A DNA stretch of 64,000 nt, taken from Nannocystis bainbridge (GTDB lineage: Bacteria; Myxococcota_A; Polyangia; Nannocystales; Nannocystaceae). The stretch's first letter is position 1; each line of letters begins with the position of its first letter. Below, in pieces: positions 1-10,232 of the stretch. The position numbers and the translations under genes were made by a program. The notes under the pieces are model-generated. The model did no database searches. It saw only the letters and a program-made list of their open reading frames with translations, and was not told where the DNA came from. The stretch lies in assembly GCF_028368995.1 (NCBI RefSeq), contig NZ_JAQNDL010000003.1, positions 1,824,001-1,888,000 on the forward strand, given 5' to 3'.

Positions 1-765
1 CTCCGCGGTCTTCGGCGTCGTGAGGAGGCCGAACACGAACGGCGGGTAGAGCCGCTCCGGATCTTCGCCCGTGACGATCGGCGGGAACAGGTTGCGCTCG
101 TGAGCGAAGACGATCCGATCGCGCTTGGGTGCCAGCGCCGCGAATCCCAGGGCGGCCGCGGCGGCTCCGCCGGTGATTCCGAGGACTGCGGGGCCGTCGG
201 AGTCGGTCCGGCGCAGCTCCCACAGGCCCGCGCCCAGGGCCGCGATGGCGCTGACGGCGGTGGACGCGATCGTCAGCGACATCTGCTGCTTGCGGGTGCG
301 GCGCTCGAGCTCGAGCAGCACCGTCTCGACCTGCTCGTCGTAGCAGTCGGCCTCGAACAGCAACGAGTCGAGCTCGATCTCCAGCGCCGCGATCCGCGTC
401 ACCACATACAGCCGCGCCGCGAGCAGCTCGAGCGGTCGCTCGGCCGGCGTCGCCTGGGCCCGCAGCAGCTCGATCAAGCTCCGCTCCAGCCCGGCGGCCC
501 GCGCGACCCGGCGCACGTCCGCGGGCACGCCCGCCAGCTCGGCGAGCAGCGCCGGATCGTCGACGGCCTCGTCGAGGCGCATGTAGCCGACGCCCCGCCG
601 TCCCGCCGTCGTCCGGCGACAATCGGCGTTCGCGAACGGGTCGACCACGAACGCCGAGCGCGGCGGCCGAGCGGGCAGCGAGCGGCTGACGAGGGTGGCG
701 CAGCCGCTCGCCGCCAGAGCCGTCAGCAGCGCTCGCGTCGCCAGCGAGGTGGGCTTCCCGATCAC
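1..765 (-). CDS. Putative lipoprotein, hypothetical (runs off window start)
   Basis: Translated by hand: GTG at 765 preceded by GGGA; VIGKPTSLATRALLTALAASGC lipobox-like N-terminus; open frame with a hydrophobic pair (LTIASTAVSAIAALGAGL...VLGITGGAAAAALGFAAL) to position 1. Confidence 0.65.
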   Translation of the reverse strand, partial: MIGKPTSLATRALLTALAASGCATLVSRSLPARPPRSAFVVDPFANADCRRTTAGRRGVGYMRLDEAVDDPALLAELAGVPADVRRVARAAGLERSLIELLRAQATPAERPLELLAARLYVVTRIAALEIELDSLLFEADCYDEQVETVLLELERRTRKQQMSLTIASTAVSAIAALGAGLWELRRTDSDGPAVLGITGGAAAAALGFAALAPKRDRIVFAHERNLFPPIVTGEDPERLYPPFVFGLLTTPKTAE

Positions 766-814
766 TCCCTGCACTTATTAGCGCGCTTACGCCGGCCCCG
801 CGAACCGGCGCACC

Positions 815-1606
815 TCACGGGCAGAGCTTGTTCAGCTCCGGGCAGTAGTTGGCCACGACCTCGCCGGCGATGTCCCAGCCGTCGGCCTTCAACGCGATCG
901 TGAACGAGACGTGGGCGTCGGGCACGATCGGCGTCACCTCCGGGTCGCACCACAGCGTGTCCTCGGAGCCGCTGTCATACTCGGAGATCGTGATCTCGCC
1001 CGTGATGTTCGCGGACTGGCCGCCGAAGTGCGCCCACACCTCTGCAGGGCCGGTGCCGAGGAAGTCGGAGGGCCACATGCCCATGTAGTTGCTGACTGCG
1101 ATCTCCAGGTGGTCGACGCCCTGGATCTCGAAGATTGGCGCCTCCACGCCGGATGCCTCGGGATACAAGTAAAGGAACCGCTGGCCGCCGCATTCGCCGC
1201 CCGAGATGCTGTAGACGGCCCACGGCAGGGCTCTCGTGCCGACTGGCGTCTGGGCCTGCACGCTCGACGTCGGCTCCTCCGGAGCGACGCAGCACGGCGC
1301 CGCCTCCCCGGTCGTGCCGCCTTCGGTGGCCGTCGATTCCCCGCTCGAGCTGTCGCCCGTCGTCGAGGTCACCGACGTCGTGCCGGTGGTCGACGACTCT
1401 GCGCCCGTGCTGTCGGTCGTCGTCGAGATCTCGGTGGTCGGCGTGCCGGTGGTCGGCGCCTCGGTGGTGCTCGTCGAAGGGCTCGGCGTGTCCGTCGACG
1501 AAGCGCTGGTGCTCGATGGATCGGGGTCTGTCGCGGTCGAGCCGCCCTGCGGCGCCTCCGGTCCGCACGCCGCCATCAACCACCAGCTCATCGTGAGTCG
1601 CTGCAT
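815..1606 (-). CDS. Ser/Thr-rich-linker lipoprotein, hypothetical
   Basis: 3' part of ORF 815..2419; MQRLTMSWWLMAAC, long S/T/G-rich linker, Cys-containing C-terminal domain; start could be 1606, 1615 or 1624. Confidence 0.7.
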   Translation of the reverse strand: MQRLTMSWWLMAACGPEAPQGGSTATDPDPSSTSASSTDTPSPSTSTTEAPTTGTPTTEISTTTDSTGAESSTTGTTSVTSTTGDSSSGESTATEGGTTGEAAPCCVAPEEPTSSVQAQTPVGTRALPWAVYSISGGECGGQRFLYLYPEASGVEAPIFEIQGVDHLEIAVSNYMGMWPSDFLGTGPAEVWAHFGGQSANITGEITISEYDSGSEDTLWCDPEVTPIVPDAHVSFTIALKADGWDIAGEVVANYCPELNKLCP

Positions 1607-2032
1607 CCGTCGCATCCGCCCCATCCTAGCATTCGCGACGGGCTCGCGCGGGGGAACTGGCGCAGGCCTCGTACCTCGCTCGCCGCGAGGCCCGCGCGCA
1701 CTGTCTCGCTCGACGGATTCGAGCCGGCCTGGCCATCGCCGTCCCGACGGCTCGCGCTTCATTCGGTGGGTCTTTGGCGCGTGATGCAGGCCGCGGGCCG
1801 CCGCGAGGTCGGCCCGCCAAGCAGTTGCGCGCGCGCCGGTCGACGCGCGCGCGAGTTCGTCACTCTCGCCCTGCCGGCACCCGCAGTCGCGCCCCCTCCT
1901 CCCTCGCCATTTTCCCTCCTGGCTCGCCCACGACGCAGAATTTAGCCAATTTATGTCGACCTCGCCAGCCCGCGGAACTACCGGGGAGCAAGGCCGCGAA
2001 GCGAGCGGCTGCGAATCACGGAGAACCACACC

Positions 2033-2425
2033 ATGACGACCTACAAGAAGATGAAGTGCTACAACCTCATGACCGGCGATTTCGTGGGCTATCTGGGCAC
2101 CCACGACAACTACCTCACGTTGACCGACGCCGACGGCGCGGCCACTTTCGTGTGGTCGTCGGAGGGCGCGGACCTCTACCTCGAGAAGGAGACCACGCCG
2201 AACGATCGCTACCTCGGCCTCGCCGAGCGGGACTATGCCGGCTGGGGCCTCAAGGGCGGCTGGCGCAACCCCGTCATCTTCAACAGCGACGGCTCGATCT
2301 CGCTCAAGGACGAGCCGCGGCGCAAGCTGTACGGCCCGATCTCCAAGATCTCCGCCAACTACATCGCCTTCACCGAAGCCGGTGACAGCAACCAGAACAT
2401 CCTGAAGTTCGAGCTGCAATCCTGA
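2033..2425 (+). CDS. Hypothetical protein, 130 aa
   Basis: GGAGA RBS upstream, strong GC3 codon bias, globular composition. Confidence 0.8.
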   Translation: MTTYKKMKCYNLMTGDFVGYLGTHDNYLTLTDADGAATFVWSSEGADLYLEKETTPNDRYLGLAERDYAGWGLKGGWRNPVIFNSDGSISLKDEPRRKLYGPISKISANYIAFTEAGDSNQNILKFELQS

Positions 2426-2534
2426 GCCCTGGCGAGGCGCGCGAGCGAGGTGTGCCGCCTCACCTCGCTCGCCGCCCTCGCGCGTCCCGGACCCGGAGCT
2501 GCGCAGTACGATACCTGTGACCGGAGGCTGAGCC

Positions 2535-3332
2535 GTGACGGATTACAAGATCACCCTCACCAACAATTCCCCCGTCGACCTCTACGCGTTCGAGGTCACG
2601 CCTGCCGGCTCCGAAGTCACGCTGAATTGTCCGCCGGGGTCGACCTTCGTCAAGATCCCCGCGGGCGCCAGCGGCGTGCACATCGCCGGCTTCAATCCCC
2701 CGCACACCGACTCCTGGGGGTGGATCGGCGTCGGTCTGGCCGACGGGGACCGCGCCTATCAGGTGTACTGCGAGCGCACCTACGACGGTTACCATCGCTA
2801 CGCGGAGTTCGGCCGCTACGACCCCGGCAACACCGAGCAGGACTCCAACAAGTCGCCGCTGCCCGGCGGCGTCGCGCGGTCCAGCGTCACCGACGAATCC
2901 TACGACTACGTGTTCGACGGCAGCACCGTCGCCTACGAGCTCGCGTTGGGTCCCTGGCCCGAGGTCGACGGCTTCGTCTGGCAGTCCTATGCTTTCGCCG
3001 ACAGCTCGTGGATGCCGCTGCTGGCGTCGCTCTCGACCCGGGCGGCCCCGAGCCAGACCTCCTGCGGAATAGAGGTCGACAGCGCCACCACCACCCTCGA
3101 TCTGACCATCCGCAACGCCACCGGTCGACCGTTCATCGTCGACGTCGTCCAGGACGATACACGGCGGTGGTCCGAGACCGTGCTCGTCTCGATCACCATC
3201 CGCGTGCCGCTGCAGCTGGCCACCGGCGCCAGCTCGGTGATTCACATCACCGGCAACTACCTCGACGGCGAGTCGATCCCGCCGCTCTCGCTCCCCGATC
3301 CGGTCTTCACGATCAAGCGCAAGGGCGGCTGA
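2535..3332 (+). CDS. Hypothetical protein, 265 aa, beta-rich
   Basis: GGAGG RBS before GTG; GC3-biased codons. Confidence 0.8.
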   Translation: MTDYKITLTNNSPVDLYAFEVTPAGSEVTLNCPPGSTFVKIPAGASGVHIAGFNPPHTDSWGWIGVGLADGDRAYQVYCERTYDGYHRYAEFGRYDPGNTEQDSNKSPLPGGVARSSVTDESYDYVFDGSTVAYELALGPWPEVDGFVWQSYAFADSSWMPLLASLSTRAAPSQTSCGIEVDSATTTLDLTIRNATGRPFIVDVVQDDTRRWSETVLVSITIRVPLQLATGASSVIHITGNYLDGESIPPLSLPDPVFTIKRKGG

Positions 3333-6229
3333 TCCATCGCCTGCCACGCGTCGATCTGCGCCACCGGCTCGCGCATCTCGCGGGCCGCGTAGTCCGTGCG
3401 CGCCTCGCGGGCCAGCTGTCGCGCCCGCGGTGAACGACGCCCCTCGGCCGCCGCCAGCGCGCGTGCCAGCGAGAACTTCAGATCGGCGGTCTCCAGCGGC
3501 TCCGCGCCGCTCGCCAGCTGCAGCGCCAGCGCGCGCTCGAGATCGCCGATCGCCTGCCGGGGCAGCCCCTCGGCCAGCGCGACCTGACCGCGGCCCTTGA
3601 GCGGCAGCGCCAGGCTCGGATCGTCGACCGCCACCGTCGACTGGTAGATCACCAGCGCGCGCTCGAAGCTGATGCGCGCCTCGTTCATGCGACCCAGCGC
3701 GAGCTCTGATTCACCGAGGTTGCTGTGGAGGCGAGCCACCAGCGCGTGCGTCGGCCCGAGCACGCGCTCGCGGATCTGCAGCGCCGCCCGATACGCCGCG
3801 ATCGAGGCCGCGAGGTCGCGGGTGAAGAAGCACAGCACGCCGCGCGCCTCGTGCAGCTCGGCGAGCAGCTCGTGCGCCGGCCCCAGCGCGCGCACGTGGA
3901 CGGCGAGCACGGCGTCGAGCCGCGCGAGGCCGGCCGCGAACGCGCCCGCGAGCATGTCGAGCCGGACCCGCACGAACTCGATCCGCGAAAGGCTCAGCGA
4001 GTCGGCGCCGAAGGCCGCGCGCGCGATGGCCCCGGCCGCGTCGAGATGCGCGCGCGCGCTTGCGAGGTCGCCGGTGTCGATGGCGAGCAGCGCGAGGTCG
4101 AACAGGTGATCGCCGGCCGCCGGCGAATCCTCGCCCCAGCGGCCCCGCGCGGCCCCGAGGCCCGCTTCCAGCACCGCCCGCGCCTCGTCCTGGCGGCCGA
4201 GCTGGGCCAGCATCCCGGCGATGTTCAGCCCCTGCGACTCGACGCGCGCGTCGTCGCCGAGCCGCCGCGCCGCCTCGCGGACCTGCTCGTGCACCGCCAG
4301 CGCCTCCGCGAAGCGCCCGGCCTGCGCCAGCTGCCGCGCCCCGGCCACGCGCAGCGCCAGGCCCCGCGCGTCCGCCGGGCGACCGAGCCGCCGCAGCGCC
4401 GCGTCGGCCTCGTCGATGAGCCACTGCTCGAGCTCGGGCCTGGACCAGCGCCCGCTCGCCGCCTCGGCCGCCTCGACCCGCAGCGTCGCCGCGAGCTCGT
4501 CGAGCCGCCCAGCCTCCGCCTCGCGCGCGACCGCGACGAGCTGCGGGACCCCGCGCGTGGTCTGCTCGCGCAGCAGATCGAGCCGCGCCGGGAATGCCTC
4601 GAGCTCGAGCCGCAGCGGCCCATATCTCGCACCAACAGCCTCGGCCGCAAAATCATCGACGCTCGCCTGCGCCCGCGCGAGCGCCCCGGCGGCCGCCAGC
4701 GCGCCGGCCCGCGCCAGCACGTCGTAGCCGCGCAGGACCGCCTCGCGCCCCGGCTCGTCCGCCGGCATCGGCTCGATCTGCGCCAGCCGCTCCGGATCGT
4801 CGCAGTCGCTCAGCGCTGGCAAGCTCGCCAACAATGCGGGCGCCCGCCCGGCCAGCGGCTCGTCGCCGCCCGCGGCCAGCAAGGTGTCGATCACCACCTG
4901 CACGCGCCGGCGCTTGCGCTCGAGACACGCATTGCGCAGGTCCAGCGCCGTGTCGGATTGCACCCCCTCGATACGCGTCGCCACGCACGCGGCCCGCCGC
5001 GCCTCCTGCCATTCACGCGCCCACCCGTCGAAGCCCGTGATCAATGTCGACACCGTGGTCTGCGCAAAGGCCAGCGAGCTCTCTTCTAAAAAACGCCCGC
5101 GCAGCGCATTGCGGCGCGCATCGTCCCAGGTGCCCACGAGCGCCTCCGGGTCGGCCGCGCACGCCGGCGGAGGTTCGGGCGCGACCCACTGCGACGCCGC
5201 GGCCCCGGCCACCAGCGCCCCCAGAGTCGCTCCGCCCAGCGCCAGACCGAGCCGGCGCCGCGGCCCGTCGACGACGGCCTCGAGCTCGGCCAGGAAATCA
5301 CCGAGCGATCTGAAGCGCCCCCGCGGATCGGCCGCGAGCCCGCGCGACAGGGCGCGGCTGAGCCGCGGCGACACCCCCTCGATCGTCGCCCGCTCGCCCA
5401 CCGCCGGCCGCCTCCCGGCGAGTGACTCCCAGATCGCCACGCACAGCGCGTACTGATCGGCCGCCGCGTCGACCTCGCGCCCCGCGAGCTGCTCGGGCGC
5501 GGCGTAGGCCCGCGTGCCCACGAACCCGGCGCTGCGCGGCGTCGCCTCGCCGCTCGCGCTGCTCTCCTGCGTGAGAGTGGACGCGTCCGAATCGCCGTGC
5601 AGCGTGTGCACCAGCCCGAAGTCGATCAGCCGCGCCCGACCGTCGTCCCCGATCAGCACGTTGCTGGGCTTGACGTCGCGGTGCACCAGCCCGGCCGCGT
5701 GCACCGCGACCAGCCCGCGCCCCACCGCGATCCAGTGCTTCAAGATCGCCGTCGACGTGGGCCGCGGCGTGCGCGTGAGATAGTCGCGCATCGTCGTGCC
5801 AGGCACGTACTCCATGGCGATCCACACCCGCGCGTCCGTCAATCCGGCCTCGAACACCGTGATGATGTTGGGATGCGCGAGCCGGGCCAGGCTCCGCGCC
5901 TCTCGCAGCGCCCGCTCGCGCTGACTCGCAGGCACGTCGCGGGTGTCGATGAGCTTGACGGCGACAGTGCGCTCGAGCTGCGGATCGAACCCGCGATAGA
6001 CGACACCCATGCCGCCCTCGCCGATCCGCTCGCGCAGCTCGAAGCGACCGAAGCGCGGCGCCCCGGCCTGCTGCCCGAACATCGCGGTCAGCAGCCGCGC
6101 CCGCACCAGCTCGGCGTCGACGCTGTCAGGCAGCATCAGCCCGGCCGGCTCTTGATCCGCGTCCGTCATCACTCGACTAACCAGCTCCGCCGCGCTCGCT
6201 TCGCCGGGCATCGGCCCCGAGTATGTCAT
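3257..6229 (-). CDS. Ser/Thr protein kinase with C-terminal TPR repeats
   Basis: GEGGMGVV, VAVK, HRDVKPSN, DFG and GTRAYAAPEQ motifs; TM segment; kinesin-light-chain-type TPRs. Confidence 0.92.
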   Translation of the reverse strand: MTYSGPMPGEASAAELVSRVMTDADQEPAGLMLPDSVDAELVRARLLTAMFGQQAGAPRFGRFELRERIGEGGMGVVYRGFDPQLERTVAVKLIDTRDVPASQRERALREARSLARLAHPNIITVFEAGLTDARVWIAMEYVPGTTMRDYLTRTPRPTSTAILKHWIAVGRGLVAVHAAGLVHRDVKPSNVLIGDDGRARLIDFGLVHTLHGDSDASTLTQESSASGEATPRSAGFVGTRAYAAPEQLAGREVDAAADQYALCVAIWESLAGRRPAVGERATIEGVSPRLSRALSRGLAADPRGRFRSLGDFLAELEAVVDGPRRRLGLALGGATLGALVAGAAASQWVAPEPPPACAADPEALVGTWDDARRNALRGRFLEESSLAFAQTTVSTLITGFDGWAREWQEARRAACVATRIEGVQSDTALDLRNACLERKRRRVQVVIDTLLAAGGDEPLAGRAPALLASLPALSDCDDPERLAQIEPMPADEPGREAVLRGYDVLARAGALAAAGALARAQASVDDFAAEAVGARYGPLRLELEAFPARLDLLREQTTRGVPQLVAVAREAEAGRLDELAATLRVEAAEAASGRWSRPELEQWLIDEADAALRRLGRPADARGLALRVAGARQLAQAGRFAEALAVHEQVREAARRLGDDARVESQGLNIAGMLAQLGRQDEARAVLEAGLGAARGRWGEDSPAAGDHLFDLALLAIDTGDLASARAHLDAAGAIARAAFGADSLSLSRIEFVRVRLDMLAGAFAAGLARLDAVLAVHVRALGPAHELLAELHEARGVLCFFTRDLAASIAAYRAALQIRERVLGPTHALVARLHSNLGESELALGRMNEARISFERALVIYQSTVAVDDPSLALPLKGRGQVALAEGLPRQAIGDLERALALQLASGAEPLETADLKFSLARALAAAEGRRSPRARQLAREARTDYAAREMREPVAQIDAWQAMDQPPLRLIVKTGSGSESGGIDSPSR

Positions 6230-6361
6230 TTCATCACGAGCGCGACCCGCGAGTCAGCCCTCGTTCGGATCTGCGCACAGCCACGCCGGCGAGCGACACC
6301 GCGTGATAAGGTCGAACCGGGCCCCGGCGCCCGCCGCCGCTGCGCGACGACCCCGCTCTCC

Positions 6362-6949
6362 ATGCCCCGTTCGTTCCTCGAACTGATGCGCGACCTGGGC
6401 GCGCGGCTCAGCGGCCGACCCGTGCCGCAACGCTGGAAGCGAGATCGGTCGCGCGACCACCTGGACGACTACCGCATCCTCTGGCGCCTCGAGGGCGAGC
6501 CCTGCGAGGTGTACCTGTTCGGGCGCTGGGCCGGGTACAGCCATCCGGTGGTGCCTTGCGACCCACTCACCTTCGAGCGGTCCCTGCATGCCCGCTCGCT
6601 GTGCCGCGCCTACGTGCGCGAACTCGGCGGCGAGCCGCTCATGGTCCGATTCGCCTGCCATGCCGCGCACGACCGAGAGCTCGCCACACCGACCGATCGG
6701 GTGCCCGGCTGCTATGCCCTCGAGGGCTCCGACGACGATGCGCCGCGACCAGGAGCGCCGCTCGATCGGAGCGCCGCGGCGATGTCGGACCGCTTGCTCC
6801 TCGTCAAGCAGGGACCGCCCGGCGGGCCGGCGACCGCGATCTCGCGTACCCTGAATTGGGTCTATTCGTTCGAGTACGAGTACGACGGCACCGGCGCCCT
6901 GCAGGCGACCTTCGCCGTGAAGCAGAGCGGCCGCCACAAGCTCCCGTGA
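6362..6949 (+). CDS. Hypothetical protein, 195 aa
   Basis: 3' part of ORF 5597..6949 from ATG 6362 (MPRSFLELMRD...); a homologous fragment occurs at 14881. Confidence 0.65.
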   Translation: MPRSFLELMRDLGARLSGRPVPQRWKRDRSRDHLDDYRILWRLEGEPCEVYLFGRWAGYSHPVVPCDPLTFERSLHARSLCRAYVRELGGEPLMVRFACHAAHDRELATPTDRVPGCYALEGSDDDAPRPGAPLDRSAAAMSDRLLLVKQGPPGGPATAISRTLNWVYSFEYEYDGTGALQATFAVKQSGRHKLP

Positions 6950-7130
6950 GCGCGCCGCTGCCCGAGCAAGACGATCTCGGCCGTGGCCGGACGCGTACGA
7001 ATGCGACCGGTGGCCAGAGTCATCCCCTGGCGACAATCATCGCCGCGACCGGGAGCCGGGGCCGACCTGCGCGGGCGCGGAGGCCGGCATTACATGTCCA
7101 TGAGGACATGTCTCAAGAGACTGCCGCGTA

Positions 7131-8702
7131 TCAACGGCCGTACACGCACAGCTTGGCGATGAAGAAGTACTCCGGCCGCGTCTTGACCACCGCGATATAG
7201 CGGTAGGGCGTCGGGTCGTCGATCTCGGCCATGAACACGTCGCGGAACGGCCGCGGCCGCGGCCCCTGGACCGCCAGGACCACGTGACCGTGGCTCATGT
7301 CGGGGTTGTTCGAGGCCAGGATCGCGAAATTTTGCCGCGTCTCCGGCTGGTCGCCGTCCTGGCGCGTGACCAGGTCGATGCGGCCCAGGGCGCGGGCTTC
7401 GCCGAGGTCGACTTGCCAGAAGCTCGCGTTGTCGCCGCCCACGGGCGACCAGCCGCCGGACGCGATCGGGCCGCCGTCGTTGGCCTTGTTCGCCGTGTAC
7501 TCCGGGCTGTACACCGACGACGCGACCGCCGGCTTGCCCGCAGCGAGGTCGGTCGGCCGGGCGTACGCGTGCAGCTTGGCGATGAAGAAGTACTCGTCGA
7601 CGGTCTTGACCGCCCGGATATAGCGATAGGGCGTCGGGTCGAGCACCTGCAGGTTGAAGATGCCCTTGTTCGGCCCTGCCTCGCCGTCGAGGCCGCCGAG
7701 GACCACGTGGCCGTGGCTCATGTCGGGGTTGTTCGAGGCCCAGATCTGGAAGTTCCGGCGCGTCTCGGGCTGATCGCCGTCCTGCCGCGAGACCAACTGG
7801 ATCGCGTTGAGCGAGGTGGGCTGGCCGAGGTCGACCTGCCAGAACGGCCGCCTGTCCTCGCCGGTCGGCGACCACCCGCCGGAGGCGGCCGAGCCGCCGT
7901 CGTTGGCCCGCTGCGGCGGGTAGTCGGCGCTGTACTGCGACGAGCCGTAGGCGGGCTTGCCGGCGGCGACATCGATGAGCGTCGGCTTGCCCGCGTTCGT
8001 GTCGAGCTGGACGGCCGCCGGATCGCTCGGTGCCAGCACCGACCAGAAGGTCGTGAACGTCGAGAGACCCATGCTCACCAGGCCCGCGCCCGCGCCGACC
8101 AGCGCGACCACCCCGCCGGCGACCGTCGCGCCCGCGGCCAGGGACCCGGTCGCCGCCCCGGCCACGACTCCTGCGATTCCCCCGATCCCCGCCAGGACGA
8201 CGCCGCTCAGGACCACGACGCCGCCGGCGATGCCGAGGCCGAGCAACACCGCGTCCTTGTGGCTCAGCCCCTGCCGCCATTTGCGCCGCAGCGCCACCTT
8301 GCCCCGCGAATCGAGCCACAGCTCCCAGCCCGACCAGTTGATGCCCTGCGCGTTGCCCTGCGTCCCGGCCTCGACCCATGCGACCAGCTCGCCCCCGGCG
8401 TTGAAGTGATGCACGTAGTCCCACGCCGTCTCGGGCCGGGCGTAGATCTTGAATCGATGCTCGATGCGCTTGCCGTTGAACTCGGCGATCACCAGGAGGT
8501 GCTGGTCGCGGGCGTTGTCCCACGGGATCATCAGGTCCTGGTATTCGCGCTCCTCGCCGCGCGGGATCACGATCGACGTGTCGCGCTGCACCTCGTGGCC
8601 GGTCGCCTTGTCCTTGGGGCGCTGATCGAAGTCATGCAATTGAAACGTCAAGGTCCCGGTCGGGTGATCGTTGACGACATTCTCGATGAAACAAATGGCC
8701 AT
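7131..8702 (-). CDS. Protein with hydrophobic hairpin and two tandem discoidin (F5/8 type C-like) domains
   Basis: Two repeats of AAGKP..SS.YS....ANDGG...WSP....FWQVDLG...RYIR; GAGGAG RBS. Confidence 0.85.
   Translation of the reverse strand: MAICFIENVVNDHPTGTLTFQLHDFDQRPKDKATGHEVQRDTSIVIPRGEEREYQDLMIPWDNARDQHLLVIAEFNGKRIEHRFKIYARPETAWDYVHHFNAGGELVAWVEAGTQGNAQGINWSGWELWLDSRGKVALRRKWRQGLSHKDAVLLGLGIAGGVVVLSGVVLAGIGGIAGVVAGAATGSLAAGATVAGGVVALVGAGAGLVSMGLSTFTTFWSVLAPSDPAAVQLDTNAGKPTLIDVAAGKPAYGSSQYSADYPPQRANDGGSAASGGWSPTGEDRRPFWQVDLGQPTSLNAIQLVSRQDGDQPETRRNFQIWASNNPDMSHGHVVLGGLDGEAGPNKGIFNLQVLDPTPYRYIRAVKTVDEYFFIAKLHAYARPTDLAAGKPAVASSVYSPEYTANKANDGGPIASGGWSPVGGDNASFWQVDLGEARALGRIDLVTRQDGDQPETRQNFAILASNNPDMSHGHVVLAVQGPRPRPFRDVFMAEIDDPTPYRYIAVVKTRPEYFFIAKLCVYGR
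7137..7968 (-). repeat. Intragenic tandem duplication of the discoidin domain (offset 423 nt = 141 codons)
   Basis: CAGCTTGGCGATGAAGAAGTACTC at 7149 and 7572; other long identical blocks at the same offset. Confidence 0.85.
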
Positions 8703-8771
8703 GGTTGCTCCTCGCGGCCGTCAAGCTAGGAGCAGTCGTCGCGGGCGCCTATCCCTCGATCGGCGTAGGTC

Positions 8772-10232
8772 TCACCCGGTCCCGCGCGCGGATCCACGAC
8801 GCGCGGCCACGTCCGCCAGCGCCCGGGCGATGCGCGCGACCGCGTCGTCGGGGCCGAAGGTGCGGAGAAACTGCGAGGGCGAGAACGCCGGCGCGATCGT
8901 CAGCAGCGCGCGGCCGTGGTCGGCGGCGCGCTCGTGCTCGTCCATCCACCAGGCGGCGGCGATCGCCAGCACGAGCGCGAACGGATAGCGCGGCTTGATC
9001 GCCACCGCCTGCTCCGCGGCCGCCAGCGCCTCGCGGTACTCGCCGCGCACGAATTGAGCCGCCGCGAGCCCGGCGACGAAGGCCCCCGGCCCGAGCCGAC
9101 AGGCCTGACGCATGCGCAGCAGCCCCTCGTCGACCTGCCCGGTGATGAGCAGCACCTGCCCGAGCAGCGCCTGCGCCGACGCGAAGCTGGGGTTGTGACC
9201 GATCGCTCGCTGCAGCGAGACCACCGCGAGGTCGTGCTGGCCGCGCGCCTGCTGATAGCGACCGACGAGGTAGTGGCCCTCGGCCATGTGCGGCGACAAT
9301 TCGATGCACCGCTCGGCGCACGCCGCGAGCCGGTCGAGCGCCGGCGACTCCGGACCCCATTGATTCAAGATCGCGTCATAGGCGGCGAGCCCGAGCCCGT
9401 AGTGCGCCAGCACCAGCGTCGGCTCGCGCGCCAGCGCAGCCGCGAATTCGCCCTGGGCGCGGGCGTTGGCCGCCCGCTCGCGGGCCGCGTGCAGCGAAAA
9501 GGCGCGGTGCGCCAGCTCCCACGCCGGCAGGCCGACCGGCTGCGAGTCGGGCGCGAGACCGGCGTGCACGCTGGCGATCAGCAGCGGGTACGCCGCGGCG
9601 ACGATGCGCTGACAGATCTCGTCCTGCACCTCGAACAGCGCGTCGCGCGGGAAATCATAGGTTTCGGCCCACAGGCAGTGACCGTTCGCAGTATCGGCGA
9701 CGCAGGCCGTGATGCGCCAGACGGCGCCCGCCGAGCGCAGCTTGGCGTCGACGAGGAACCGCGCCCCGAGCCGCTCCCCCAGCGCCTGGGCGTCGCAGGC
9801 GAGCGCGCGACTGCCTCGAGTCGAGGCGCTGGCGATCACCGGGAACCAGCACCAGCGAGAGAACAGGACCACGAGGTCGTGGCTGATGCCGGCGGCGATG
9901 TCGGCGGCGCGTGGATCGGCGTCGAGGGCCACGAGCGGCAGCACCGCGATCGCCGGCCGCAGCAAGACGCGAGCGATCCGCTCGGTCGTCGCGCTCCACT
10001 CGAGATAGACCGTCGCTGCCTCGGTGCGATTGCTGACCTCGAGCCGGGCCAGCACCGCGGCCACGTGCGTGCGGACCGTCTCGCCCGAGATCCCGAGGAC
10101 CTGACCGATCTCGGGGTTGGTGAGCCCGCGCGCGACCAACTGCAGCACCTCGCGCTGCCGCGGCGACAGCACCACGTCGAGGCTCTGCGAGCGCTCCGGG
10201 CCGGCCCCCGTCCTGTCGCTCCGCGAGTTCAC
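8772..10232 (-). CDS. LuxR-type HTH regulator with TolB-like/TPR C-terminal region
   Basis: LSPRQREVLQLVARGLTNPEIGQVLGISGETVRTHV LuxR HTH; PAIAVLPL...LWAETYD TolB-like segment; TPRs. Confidence 0.88.
   Translation of the reverse strand: MNSRSDRTGAGPERSQSLDVVLSPRQREVLQLVARGLTNPEIGQVLGISGETVRTHVAAVLARLEVSNRTEAATVYLEWSATTERIARVLLRPAIAVLPLVALDADPRAADIAAGISHDLVVLFSRWCWFPVIASASTRGSRALACDAQALGERLGARFLVDAKLRSAGAVWRITACVADTANGHCLWAETYDFPRDALFEVQDEICQRIVAAAYPLLIASVHAGLAPDSQPVGLPAWELAHRAFSLHAARERAANARAQGEFAAALAREPTLVLAHYGLGLAAYDAILNQWGPESPALDRLAACAERCIELSPHMAEGHYLVGRYQQARGQHDLAVVSLQRAIGHNPSFASAQALLGQVLLITGQVDEGLLRMRQACRLGPGAFVAGLAAAQFVRGEYREALAAAEQAVAIKPRYPFALVLAIAAAWWMDEHERAADHGRALLTIAPAFSPSQFLRTFGPDDAVARIARALADVAARRGSARGTG

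Noticed and set aside
3257-3332. 76-nt convergent overlap between the kinase and a hypothetical gene
   Set aside because: Most simply stop-codon drift in GC-rich DNA; no sign of function
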